64,000 nt of DNA from an uncultured delta proteobacterium (GTDB taxonomy: Bacteria > Desulfobacterota > Binatia > UBA9968), in the NCBI GenBank assembly GCA_963760795.1, contig CAVXEP010000029.1, positions 256,001-320,000 of the forward strand. The letters are read 5' to 3'. The notes under the pieces were generated by a model. It worked only from the letters and a program-made list of their open reading frames with translations, ran no database searches and was not told where the DNA came from. Shown here one piece after another: positions 1 through 9,746 of this stretch (its first letter is position 1; every line of letters starts with the position of its first letter). The translations under genes were made by a program, and so were the position numbers.

Positions 1-98
1 GCGGCGATCGAATGAGGCCTAGCGAACAACAGACTTTATCGTTTTATACTTATTAAATTTAACTGTGAATTGCAGTGGGGCAATGAGGAAAACAGGCA

Positions 99-1848
99 AT
101 GGCCAATACCGCAGCTGATATTCTGCTCGATACGATATCCGATTGGGGCGTGGAAGTTATTTTCGGACTTCCCGGCGATGGTATCAACGGGATCATGGAA
201 GCTCTGCGCAAACGCAAAGATAAAATCCGTTTCATTCAGGTGCGCCACGAGGAATCGGCGGCATTCATGGCCTGCGCCTATGCCAAGTACACCGGCAAAC
301 TCGGAGTGTGCCTAGCGACTTCCGGCCCAGGCGGCATTCATTTGTTGAATGGCCTATATGACGCCAAGCTCGACGGCCAGCCGGTGCTGGCGATCACCGG
401 TCATCATTTTCACGATTTGATCGATACTCATGCCCAGCAAGATGTCAGTCTTGACCGCCTATTCATGGATGTTGCGGTTTACAACACGCGCGTGATGGGA
501 GCGGCCCATGTCGAAAATATCGCCGATCTCGCCTGCCGCACCGCGCTGGCTTATCGCGGCGTCGCGCACATAAATTTTCCCGTCGATCTTCAAGAACAGG
601 AAGCCGGTGAACGCTCGAAGCGCAATGTGCCGGGCCATACCTCGGATCGCTGGGCGCGCCATGCCCAACTGCCGGCCCAAGCGGATCTCGATCGTGCTGC
701 CGAAGTTCTCAACGGCGGCAAGAAGGTGGCGATTTTATGCGGGCGCGGCGCTCTCGATGCCACCGACGAGTTGGAAGAGATGGCGGAAAAACTAGCCGCG
801 CCGATCATTAAGGCTCTGCTCGGCAAAGCGGCGGTGCCGGACGACAGCACTTATACTACCGGCGGTATCGGCCTGCTCGGCACCAAACCGTCGCAGGATG
901 CGATGGAAAGCTGCGATACGCTGCTGATGGTCGGAACATCGTTTCCGTACATCGAATTCTTACCCAAGCCGGGTCAGGCGCGCGCCGTGCAGATCGATCT
1001 TGACCCGGTGCGCATCGGGCTTCGTTATCCGGTGGATGTCGGCTTAGTCGGCGACAGCCGGCGCACGTTGCGGGCGTTGATAGCCAGCTTGCAGCGCCAA
1101 GAAGATCGCAGCTTTCCTCGAAAAGGCGCGCGCCGGCATGGCGGAGTGGTGGAAGCTGATGGAAGAGCGCGGCAGCCGCGCCGACCGGCCGATGAAACCG
1201 CAGGTCGTCGCCTGGGAGCTCGGCAAGCGGCTCGCCGATAACGCCATCGTCTCATGCGATTCGGGAACGGTGGCGACATGGTTTGCGCGCCAGATCCGCG
1301 CCCGGCGCGGGCAGATGTATTCGCTGTCGGGTAACTTGGCGAGTATGGCTAACGGTCTGCCTTACGCCATCGCGGCGCAGATCGCTTATCCGGAGCGGCA
1401 ATCTATCGCTTTCGTCGGTGACGGAGGGTTTTCCATGCTGATGGCCGAATTTGTCACAGCGGTAAAATATCGCTTGCCGATCAAAGTTGTGGTCATCAAA
1501 AATAACACCTTGGGCATGATCAAATGGGAGCAGATGGTTTTTCTCGGCAACCCCGAATATGGCTGCGAGCTCGAGCCCATCGATTTCGCCAGTTTTGCCC
1601 GCGCTTGCGGCGCCCAGGGATTTACCATCGACGATCCGGCGCAGTGCGGCGCGATCCTCGATCAGGCTCTCGAAACGCCCGGCCCGGTATTGATCGAAGC
1701 GGTGGTCGATCCGTTCGTGCCGCCGATGCCGGCCAAGGTCACCCTCGAGCAAGCGGCTCATTTTGCCGAGTCCCTCGCGCGCGGCGAACCCAACCGCAGC
1801 AAAATTGCCTGGACGGTGCTGTCGGACAAGGTGCGCGAGCTAGTTTAA
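99..1848 (+). CDS. poxB: Thiamine-pyrophosphate-dependent pyruvate oxidase/dehydrogenase (PoxB-like), split by a +1 frameshift near 1113-1116
   Basis: IFGLPGDGIN, VRHEESAAFMA and TSGPGGIHLLNGLYDAK in 99..1241; TPP motif GDGGF...NN in 1138..1848; removing one T from agctttcctc restores EDRSFLEKARAGMAEWW. Confidence 0.88.
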
Positions 1849-1896
1849 GGAATAAGTTTGAAAGCGAACTTTTATATAAATGATTGGAGAAACCCC

Positions 1897-2574
1897 ATGC
1901 CGGACTCAGTGACTCGCGAGGAGGTCCAAACGTTGGTTCGCAACGGCTCGCAGTTGATCGAGGTCTTGGGCGCGCACCAGTATGCCCAAGCCCATTTAGC
2001 CGGCGCGATTAACATTCCCTTGGCGCACATCGATCACAAAAGTACCGCGACGCTCAGCCACGAAAGGCCGGTGATCGTCTATTCCAACGATTTTCTATGT
2101 GACTTGAGCCCGCGGGCCGCGTGGCGGCTCGAAAGCTTGGGTTTCGCCAACGTCTGCGATTATGTCGCTGGGAAGGAGGATTGGCTGGCTTACGGTTTGC
2201 CGATCGAAGGCGAATTAGCCGAGGCCGTAACCGTGGGTAAGCTAGCCGATCGCGAGGTGCCGGTGTGCCGCTTCGATGATAAATTAGCCGATTTGGCACA
2301 ACGGCTACGCCCGACCCGCTGGAGCGAATGCGTGGTCGTCAACGAACCGGGCATCGTTCTCGGGCTGTTGCGAAAATCGATGTGGGAACACGCCGCCGAC
2401 GATATGACGGCAGAACAGGTGATGGAATCGGGGCCGATCACTTTTCGTCCCCATGTGGGGCGCGACGAAATGGTGTCCTATTTGCAAGAGAAAAAAATGC
2501 CAAGCGTGCTGGTGACCACTTCGGATGGAAAGTTAGTCGGACTGGTGCGGCGCAAGGATCTGGAAGAAGAGTGA
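1897..2574 (+). CDS. Rhodanese-like domain + CBS pair protein
   Basis: QLIEVL...HLAGAINIP...SPRAAWRL...AGKEDW followed by two CBS repeats (VVVNEPGIVLGLL, VTTSDGKLVGLV); GGAG RBS before ATG 1897. Confidence 0.82.
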   Translation: MPDSVTREEVQTLVRNGSQLIEVLGAHQYAQAHLAGAINIPLAHIDHKSTATLSHERPVIVYSNDFLCDLSPRAAWRLESLGFANVCDYVAGKEDWLAYGLPIEGELAEAVTVGKLADREVPVCRFDDKLADLAQRLRPTRWSECVVVNEPGIVLGLLRKSMWEHAADDMTAEQVMESGPITFRPHVGRDEMVSYLQEKKMPSVLVTTSDGKLVGLVRRKDLEEE

Positions 2575-2590
2575 CCGAAAGGAGAAAATC

Positions 2591-3082
2591 GTGAGCAAGA
2601 ACTTCGTAGCTCGAGCCACAGCTTCGATTGAAGCGCCAAAGAGTAAGGTTTGGCAGGCGCTTGTCACCCCGGACGCGATCAAGCAATACCTGTTCGGCGC
2701 TCAGGTTGAATCGGACTGGAGTGAAGGAAGCGCGATCACATGGAAGGGCGAAATGAAAGGCCAGATATACCAGGACAGGGGTGTCATTCTAAAAATCGAA
2801 CCCGAGCAAATTCTCCAGTACAGTCATTTCAGCCCGCTATCCGGGAAACCTGACAAATTTGAAAACTATCACATCATTACAATCCATCTTTTTGGCAGTG
2901 GCAACAAAACCGAGGTATTGCTTTCTCAGGATAATAACGCCGATGACGAGGCGCGCAGAGAATCGGCGAAGAAGTGGCGAACGATGCTTGCAGGTCTGAA
3001 GAGATACGTCGAAAAGCCGTCGGGCACCTCGCAATGCATTCGAGCGGAAGCCGATTCGGAGCCCGCCGAATTCGGCCGTTAG
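2591..3082 (+). CDS. SRPBCC/AHSA1 domain protein
   Basis: IEAPKSKVWQAL...SDWSEGS...W..ML.GLK.YVE pattern; AGGAG RBS. Confidence 0.82.
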   Translation: MSKNFVARATASIEAPKSKVWQALVTPDAIKQYLFGAQVESDWSEGSAITWKGEMKGQIYQDRGVILKIEPEQILQYSHFSPLSGKPDKFENYHIITIHLFGSGNKTEVLLSQDNNADDEARRESAKKWRTMLAGLKRYVEKPSGTSQCIRAEADSEPAEFGR

Positions 3083-3385
3083 CGTCGCAACCAACGGCGG
3101 CTCATCGCCTGGAGCGACACGTTGAAAACCTTTCAGGTGAAACGCGCATGGCCGGCGAATTTAAAATTCACATGAAAGGGCACCCGGCGGCGCTCGGGCA
3201 CATGAAACCGATCATGGAGATCGCTAAGTTCGATGCTCGCCTTTATGAAGTCATGGAGACGATCGCTGTCTAGCCGGAGAAAGCCAACCAACCGTGGTGT
3301 TTCGTGAACAATCGCGATGGTTGCTAGACTATAAAGAGCGCCCTTATAACCAAAGCGTAAGAAACCAGGAGAAGGAGACACTTTT

Positions 3386-3853
3386 ATGACCGCCAAAGTA
3401 AATCCAATTCCCGACGAATATCGCGGCGCAACGCCGTACCTGTGCGTGACGGACGGAACGCGAGCTATCGAGTTCTACAAGAAGGCGTTCGGCGCGCGCG
3501 AGGTGATGCGCATGGCGGGGCCCGACGGCAAACTCGGCCACGCCGAACTTAGAATCGGCGACGCTCCGATCATGCTTGCCGACGAGCAGCCGGAGATGAA
3601 CTTTCGCAGTCCACAATCGCTCGGCGGATCGCCAGTGAATATTGTCGTTTATGTCAATGACGTGGACGCGCTGGTGAAACAGGCCGAGGCCAACGGCGTG
3701 AAGGTACTCAGGCCGCCGGCGGATCAGTTTTACGGCGACCGCATGGCGACGCTGGAAGATCCATTCGGCCATTCGTGGTCCTTCGCCACGCACGTTGAAG
3801 ATGTTCCGCCCGAGGAAATGCACAAGCGCGCAGCGGCGGCCCATCATAGCTAG
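3386..3853 (+). CDS. VOC/glyoxalase (PhnB-like) protein
   Basis: TPYL...AIEFYKKAFGA...HAELRIG...DQFYGDR...DPFGHSW; AGGAG RBS. Confidence 0.9.
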   Translation: MTAKVNPIPDEYRGATPYLCVTDGTRAIEFYKKAFGAREVMRMAGPDGKLGHAELRIGDAPIMLADEQPEMNFRSPQSLGGSPVNIVVYVNDVDALVKQAEANGVKVLRPPADQFYGDRMATLEDPFGHSWSFATHVEDVPPEEMHKRAAAAHHS

Positions 3854-3905
3854 CCGATGATGTGTCGCCGAGCATACCAGGCGCACAGTGTTGAGGAGAA
3901 GCGCC

Positions 3906-4175
3906 ATGGACACCGATCTTGACCGAATGTCACGTGAGCAACTCATAGAAGAGCTCAAGAGGCTGCGAAATGGCATCCGCGCGCACCGCGATGCCACGCG
4001 GCATGAACTTTGTTGGCATCAGCCAGCACTGTGGGGGCTACTGCCGGAGAAAACCGATCCACTGCCCGTAGTGCCGAATTGGCCTCAGTTCATCGAAGGT
4101 TGTGTGAAGTACCGACAGTCCCTTGAGCAACAAGCGGCGCGCGCGCCACGAACGGATGATCCTTACCAGGAATAA
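3906..4175 (+). CDS. Conserved-looking hypothetical protein (89 aa)
   Basis: GAGGAG RBS before ATG 3906; HRD..HELCWH.P.LW.LLPE motif; co-oriented with the upstream gene. Confidence 0.65.
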   Translation: MDTDLDRMSREQLIEELKRLRNGIRAHRDATRHELCWHQPALWGLLPEKTDPLPVVPNWPQFIEGCVKYRQSLEQQAARAPRTDDPYQE

Positions 4176-4257
4176 ATATCTGCCGCCCGGCTCTGAATGA
4201 GGTTTATTCCTATTGATACTCACGGCGCGCACCCTGGGTGGAGCCGCCCTCCAAGAG

Positions 4258-4305
4258 CCGGGCCGTTCGGGGAGATTGAATATCAAACTTTACCGAGCGG
4301 CCCGG
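4258..4305. terminator. Inverted repeat between convergent genes (possible bidirectional terminator or repeat element)
   Basis: ccgggccgttcgg ... ccgagcggcccgg arms; no clear U-tract. Confidence 0.3.
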
Positions 4306-4320
4306 GCGAAACGGCAGGTC

Positions 4321-4791
4321 TTATTGGTGTTTGTGTCGCGCGATGAAATAGAGCAAGCCGGCGCCGATCAACGTCGATTGGAGCGGGTATTTGCGCACCA
4401 AACCGACGAGATCCGCCGCCATATTTTCCAGGTCGTTGGTTTTCAGATAAGAGCCGGCGGTTTCAAATCCACCGGCGACTTCAGCTTGAGCTTCGCGCGC
4501 TTTGCTTGCCGCACTAGCACCAAACTCGTATGCCTTGTCTTTCAGCTCACCCACCGCCGCGATCGCGCCGGACAATTTACCTGCGGCCGCGCTATCCGCC
4601 TCCCTGAATCGTTGCTCAACCTCTCTTTGGGCGGTCTCCCGGGAGTAGCCGTATTTCTCTTGAATTTTACCGATCAGTTTATCTTTTTGACCGCCGATCT
4701 GTTCGAAGTCATCGTCACTTAAGGAACCCCACCAAGACTTCAGGGTGCCTCTCATTTGCTTCCATTGGCCGGCAAAAGTATCTTCGTTCAC
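4321..4791 (-). CDS. CsbD-family stress protein with C-terminal extension and hydrophobic tail
   Basis: NEDTFAGQWKQMRG...WWG.LSDDD...GKIQEKYG; C-terminal RKYPLQSTLIGAGLLYF resembles ElaB/YqjD tail anchors; AGGAGG RBS before GTG 4791. Confidence 0.85.
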   Translation of the reverse strand: MNEDTFAGQWKQMRGTLKSWWGSLSDDDFEQIGGQKDKLIGKIQEKYGYSRETAQREVEQRFREADSAAAGKLSGAIAAVGELKDKAYEFGASAASKAREAQAEVAGGFETAGSYLKTNDLENMAADLVGLVRKYPLQSTLIGAGLLYFIARHKHQ

Positions 4792-4859
4792 GGTCAAGTC
4801 CTCCTATGATTAAGGGTTGGTTCGGATCTCTGGACAAATTTACTAGGCTAGATAGCCAA

Positions 4860-4937
4860 TTAGCGTAGGCCCAGGTAGCCGAGAATGAACAATACGACAA
4901 CCACCACTCCGATAATGTAAAAAATGTTAGATCCCAT
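4860..4937 (-). CDS. 25-aa single-transmembrane small protein (MGSNIFYIIGVVVVVLFILGYLGLR)
   Basis: Read by hand, below the ORF-track cutoff; GGAG RBS; co-oriented between the BON and CsbD genes. Confidence 0.65.
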   Translation of the reverse strand: MGSNIFYIIGVVVVVLFILGYLGLR

Positions 4938-5003
4938 ATGGCTATTTCTCCAATGACGGTTCTGTCAACTCTTTAATTTGCGCAAAGTCGCCGTTCGCTA
5001 AGG

Positions 5004-5333
5004 TTATTTTTTCTGGATTTGCAGGTTGTTATTGACGCCTTTAACGCCGTCGACCTGACGAGTAAGAGACTCTACCCGCGCTCGTGTTTCGGCATTTTCG
5101 GCCACGCCGTTTAGCGATACCACTCCTCTAATCGTATCGACTTCGACACGCGTGACGGTTGACAGCTTCTCGCCAGCAAGTTTAGTCTTGACCGATGCGG
5201 TGATTGTGGAATCGTCGATGTTCTGGCCGGCGGTGCTGCCGGTCATAGATTGGCAACCCGACACGAGCGCGACAATCACGACGAGCCCAATGAGAGCAGG
5301 ACGAAGCTTCAATAATATGTTGCTGAACATCAT
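5004..5333 (-). CDS. BON-domain (OsmY-like) lipoprotein
   Basis: Lipobox VSGC; DDSTITASVKTKL...VDT.RGVVSLNG...VDGVKGVNNNL; AAGGAG RBS. Confidence 0.88.
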   Translation of the reverse strand: MMFSNILLKLRPALIGLVVIVALVSGCQSMTGSTAGQNIDDSTITASVKTKLAGEKLSTVTRVEVDTIRGVVSLNGVAENAETRARVESLTRQVDGVKGVNNNLQIQKK

Positions 5334-5416
5334 AATCTCCTTTTCTTTTGCTGATTAATAATCGTCGATTTTTTTTGCGACTTATTGATTTCCCTCATCG
5401 ATAATCCGCTGATAAA

Positions 5417-5433
5417 AGCAAAGGCCATTCCAA
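5417..5433 (-). promoter_or_regulatory. sigma54 -24/-12 promoter for BON-sORF-CsbD
   Basis: TTGGAATGGCCTTTGCT (GG-N10-GC) on the minus strand. Confidence 0.65.
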
Positions 5434-5486
5434 CGCAAGCGGCTATTTTATTCTACCATTAGTCATATTCCGTCTGTAGTCATTTC

Positions 5487-5536
5487 CGTCCTAACTTCGG
5501 GATTATGCGCGGTGATTTCGTCCCGAACTTGATACA
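5487..5536. promoter_or_regulatory. Tandem 18-bp palindromic sites, candidate enhancer (UAS)
   Basis: CGTCCT-N6-GGGATT at 5487 and CGTCCC-N6-GATACA at 5519, 32 bp apart. Confidence 0.55.
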
Positions 5537-5622
5537 GCCAACCGCAAATGTTTTGGGAAAGCTCGCTGCAACGGCTTCGGACTACAGATCGCAGCCATTA
5601 TAGTTTGTGTCCTGCCATTACT

Positions 5623-7671
5623 TTAGTAAGGCAAGATCCCCGTCTCGAGAGCCGGCGCACGCGGCAGCCCGGTGACGTCGAGGATCTCCTGCTCGTTGAG
5701 GGTTTCGCGCGCCAGCAGGGCTTCGACTAGCGCGTCGAGTTGCTTGCGGTGCGCGCCCAGGAGGCGCTTGGCCTGGTCGTGGCTCTCACCGATGATCTTG
5801 AGTATTTCGCTATCGATAGCTTCGGCGGTGTTCTCGCTAAACTGCCGCGCGCCTGCGTAACCGTTCGAGCTACTCAGGTAGGGGTTTTCCCGGGGCGCGA
5901 GCTGGACCAACCCGAGCCGCTCGCTCATGCCCCAGCGCGTGACCATCTGGCGCGCCAGCCCAGTCGCCTGTTCGATATCGCTTTCGGCTCCAGTCGTTTT
6001 AGTGCCGTAGACAATCTCCTCGGCCGCCCGGCCTCCGAGCATGCCGACGATCCGCGCGCGCAGGTATGCTTCGGGATAGTTGTAGCGCTCGCTATCCGGC
6101 CGCTGATAAGTCACGCCGAGCGCCTGGCCCCGCGGCACGATGCTCACTCGGTTCACCGGGTCGGCGCCGGGCACCACCAGACCCAGGATGGCGTGTCCGC
6201 CCTCGTGATAGGCGATGCGTTCCTTATCGGCGCGGCTCAAAAGGAGCGGGCGCTCGGGGCCGAGCACGATCTTCTCCAGCGCATCGAGGAAGTCTTTGTG
6301 ACGGACCTCGTTCTGCTCGCGCCGGGCCGCCAGCAGCGCCGCCTCGTTGACCAGATTTTTCAAATCCGCCCCCGAAAGTCCCGGCGTCGCGGCGGCGATC
6401 TCCGCCAAGCTGGCATCCTTCGCGAGCGGCACGGCGCGAGTGTGGACTTTGAGGATCGCCTCGCGACCGGTCTTATCCGGCAGGTTAACCACTACTCGCC
6501 GGTCGAAACGTCCGGGACGCAGCAGCGCTTTGTCGAGCACCTCCGGCTGATTGGTCGCCGCTAATACGATGATGCCCTCGCGGCTGGAGAAGCCGTCCAT
6601 TTCAGTGAGAATTTGGTTCAGGGTCTGCTCCTGCTCGCTCGAGCCGCCGATCGCTATCTGCCCGCGCGCGCGGCCGATGGCGTCGAGCTCGTCGATGAAG
6701 ACGATCGCCGGCGCTTGCTCGCGTGCTTGTTTGAACAGGTCTCGCACCCGCGCCGCGCCCACGCCGACGATCATCTCGACGAACTCGGCCGCGCTCATCG
6801 AGAAGAACGGCACCCCCGCCTCTCCCGCGACCGCCTTCGCGAGCAAGGTTTTCCCTGTGCCCGGCGCGCCTATCAGCAAGACGCCTTTCGGAGCGGCGCC
6901 GCCGAGACGGGTGTACTTCTTTGGGTCTTTGAGAAAATCGACGATCTCGACCAATTCGTTCTCGGCTTCATCGATTCCGGCGACGTCGTTGAAGGTGATT
7001 TTTATATCCTTGTCCTGGTCGTAGCGGCGCGCCTTGCTCTTGCCGATGCCCATGAGCCCGCCGCCGATTCCCCCGCCCTGTTGCGCCGCTCGCCGGAAGA
7101 GCCAGACATAAAAGCCGATGAGGAGCAGGGCCGGGCCAAAGCCGAAAAGGAACGTCGCCCACGGACTGCCGCCGTCGTCGATCGGTTCGGCGCTGATCTC
7201 CACGCCGCTATCGATCAAAAATTTTTCCAAACCGGGGTCGACGAAAGTAGGCAGGGTAGTCGTAAAGTTGCTCACCGTTTTGGCCACGGCGTCGGGCGCC
7301 GGCTTGGCAGTCTTTTGCGGCTCAGCGCTTGGCGTCGCGCCCTTTTTGTCCGTTGACGCGTAGGCGACACTCGTCTTGAAGCGGCCCGTGATAGTCTCGC
7401 CCTGGCTATAGATCGCCGCGACGTTACCCTTGCCGACTTCTGCTTTAAACAACGTATAGGGCACCGTAATCGGCGCTTCCGGTGGAAAGATGAGCCTGAC
7501 GAGCAAGTAGTTGGCGAGCAACGCACCCAAGAACCACAGCCAGGTTTGGCTCGGCGGCATCTTGGCCTTTTCCGAACCCTTGGCAGCTCCAGGACGACTC
7601 AGGTCTGGAGGTAACCGGCCAGGCGGTGCGGCGTCGGAATCCCGTTGTAGCTTTCGTCTGATGAATTTCAT
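5623..7671 (-). CDS. ftsH: ATP-dependent zinc metalloprotease FtsH
   Basis: Two TM segments, Walker A GAPGTGKT, Walker B IVFIDE, SRH ALLRPGRFDR, HEGGH zinc motif; GAGGAG RBS before ATG 7671. Confidence 0.95.
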   Translation of the reverse strand: MKFIRRKLQRDSDAAPPGRLPPDLSRPGAAKGSEKAKMPPSQTWLWFLGALLANYLLVRLIFPPEAPITVPYTLFKAEVGKGNVAAIYSQGETITGRFKTSVAYASTDKKGATPSAEPQKTAKPAPDAVAKTVSNFTTTLPTFVDPGLEKFLIDSGVEISAEPIDDGGSPWATFLFGFGPALLLIGFYVWLFRRAAQQGGGIGGGLMGIGKSKARRYDQDKDIKITFNDVAGIDEAENELVEIVDFLKDPKKYTRLGGAAPKGVLLIGAPGTGKTLLAKAVAGEAGVPFFSMSAAEFVEMIVGVGAARVRDLFKQAREQAPAIVFIDELDAIGRARGQIAIGGSSEQEQTLNQILTEMDGFSSREGIIVLAATNQPEVLDKALLRPGRFDRRVVVNLPDKTGREAILKVHTRAVPLAKDASLAEIAAATPGLSGADLKNLVNEAALLAARREQNEVRHKDFLDALEKIVLGPERPLLLSRADKERIAYHEGGHAILGLVVPGADPVNRVSIVPRGQALGVTYQRPDSERYNYPEAYLRARIVGMLGGRAAEEIVYGTKTTGAESDIEQATGLARQMVTRWGMSERLGLVQLAPRENPYLSSSNGYAGARQFSENTAEAIDSEILKIIGESHDQAKRLLGAHRKQLDALVEALLARETLNEQEILDVTGLPRAPALETGILPY

Positions 7672-7944
7672 TCTCAGCTCCTCAGAGGCGCGGTGGGCGA
7701 TATCAGGCAACGATTCAGCAGCATATAGAAACGGCTACCACTCGCGCCTCTGCACAACAAGATTAAGCATAAACAGATCACCGGCTCATACCATGGCAGA
7801 ACGCTGGATCGGAACCGGACCATCGCTTGGTCATTTTTCGGACAGGCAGTCGCATAGCGATAGCATTTCTCGCTTGGAATCGTCCGCCAAAGACTTACTT
7901 CTTCAACCGGGTTATGGTTAGTTATTGTGCCAATGTTACTGTCC

Positions 7945-8090
7945 TTGTTACGGCGTAGGGGCAGGCAAGATGCCGTCAGCACATATAAGCACCGGGGGTT
8001 CGATCATCATTGGGTCAAGCCCGCCGATTTCACGCAGGTGAAACAAATCTTGGCGACGGTCGCCGAGCACACGACGCGACCTTGGAGGAA
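7945..8090 (+). pseudogene. Remnant of a receiver-domain C-terminus
   Basis: Translation GFDHHWVKPADFTQVKQIL matches the GFDHHxxKP end of the other receivers in the window; the N-terminal part is absent. Confidence 0.45.
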
Positions 8091-8093
8091 TAG

Positions 8094-9485
8094 ATGGCAT
8101 CCAGTTTCGATGAAACTAACCAAGATCGTCCGCTTGTTATCGCCCGAGTGGAACGATCGATGGTTCGTACTCAAAAAGCCGCTGAACAGCTCATGGCCCT
8201 GGCTGGGCACCTGGCTGCCAGGCGGTCAGCGATTTTGCAAGCCTGGCGCGAGTCCGTGCAGGCCGATCCGGAATTGACCGTCGTTACTGCGCTGCCGCGC
8301 ACGCAGTTCAACGACCACATCCCCCAAGTGTTGGACTCGTTCGAGCGCAAGTTGCGCCTCTGGAGCGGCCAGGAGAGCGCCGCAGCGCAAGAGCAGCGGA
8401 GAGAGGACTCTGCCACCCACGGCTTGCAGCGCTGGCAGCAGGGCTACCGCCTGCGCGAAGTGACCCGTGAATGGGGTCATTTGCAGTTGTGCTTGGTGAC
8501 CGAGTTGGAAAATTACACTGCCGCGGAGACCGAGCTGGAGCCGGGCGTGAGGGCGACCGCAATACTGGCGGTGACGGAACTGTGCAACGAAGGCATCGGC
8601 GAAAGCACGACGCGCTACTTCCAGCTGCAGCAACTCGAGGCCGAGGGGGAAGTCCGCGACCTGCAAGAAACACTGAAAGAAGTCAAAGAACTCGACCGCC
8701 GTCGTACGGAACTCTTCCAACAGGCCGCTCATGACCTGCGCGGCAATGTCGGCGTGGTTCGGAACGTCACCTCGGGGCTGACGGGGAATGACATCCCGGA
8801 AACAATGCGGGATGAGTTTCTTCGGCTCCTGCAAAAAAGCGTGTCGTCCCTGCATTCAATGTTGGACGAGGTGCTCGATCTGGCACGCCTGCAAGCCGGC
8901 CACGAGCTGCGCGAAGTAAAGCCGTGCGACGTCGCCGCACTGTTGAGGGACTTGTGTGACAATTTGCGGCCCCTCGCGACTGACCGTGGCTTATTTTTGC
9001 AGGCGGAGGGGCCGGCCACCCTATTGGTGGAGGGGGATGCCGTTAAGATCCGGCGCATAGCTCAGAACTTGCTGCTCAATGGGTTGAAATACACTCGATC
9101 GGGCGGCGTGAACGTGGCATGGGGAGACAGCCGGGACAATGATCCCAAACGCTGGATGCTGTTTGTCCAAGACACCGGCCCTGGCTTCAATGCCGGAGTG
9201 AACTCTCCAGTGGCGGAGGCATTGAAAGACGCCACCGCAGAGTCACGGCAGATCGATGAAAAATCATCCCAAGCCAACCACGATCCCGCCCTTGCCGAAC
9301 CCATCGCGCCGGTTGTCGCTGCGCCGGAACACCGGCCGGCCCACCAGGAGGGCGGTGAGGGCATTGGCCTGTCGATCGTCAAACGGCTGTGCGATCTGCT
9401 GGAGGCGAGTATCGAACTGGAGTCCAACGCCGGCGAAGGCACGACCTGGCGCGTCATGTTCCCGCGGCATTACGATGTCGCCTAA
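8094..9485 (+). CDS. Cytoplasmic sensor histidine kinase with RsbRD_N-like N-terminal domain
   Basis: H box AAHDLR, N box NLLLNGLKYT, DTGPG, GIGLSIV; N-terminal helical domain with HGLQRWQQGY; GGAGG RBS. Confidence 0.85.
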   Translation: MASSFDETNQDRPLVIARVERSMVRTQKAAEQLMALAGHLAARRSAILQAWRESVQADPELTVVTALPRTQFNDHIPQVLDSFERKLRLWSGQESAAAQEQRREDSATHGLQRWQQGYRLREVTREWGHLQLCLVTELENYTAAETELEPGVRATAILAVTELCNEGIGESTTRYFQLQQLEAEGEVRDLQETLKEVKELDRRRTELFQQAAHDLRGNVGVVRNVTSGLTGNDIPETMRDEFLRLLQKSVSSLHSMLDEVLDLARLQAGHELREVKPCDVAALLRDLCDNLRPLATDRGLFLQAEGPATLLVEGDAVKIRRIAQNLLLNGLKYTRSGGVNVAWGDSRDNDPKRWMLFVQDTGPGFNAGVNSPVAEALKDATAESRQIDEKSSQANHDPALAEPIAPVVAAPEHRPAHQEGGEGIGLSIVKRLCDLLEASIELESNAGEGTTWRVMFPRHYDVA

Positions 9486-9746
9486 CTCGACAGCTTGCTT
9501 TATGAAGCGGAAAAGCACTTGCGTTCATTCGATCAAGATGATCGCCAAGTGTACGCAAAAGTTGCGATGACCCGCCGCACGGCTCAGGTTTAGAAAAGTT
9601 CTTCCCCTTCGCGGCTGCGCCTGGCGGCAGCGGGCGGCATAGACAATGATCGTGGAAAATCGCTTCAAGGGAAACAGTGGATAGCCGGCATTGGGTCCAG
9701 TTCAATTCGGCGCTCTACTTGCGGGTCTTTCACTGAGAATTACGCG

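Noticed and set aside
3148-3273. 41-aa ORF possibly from an ABM-like gene remnant
   Set aside because: It is too short, has a weak RBS and shows no diagnostic motif.
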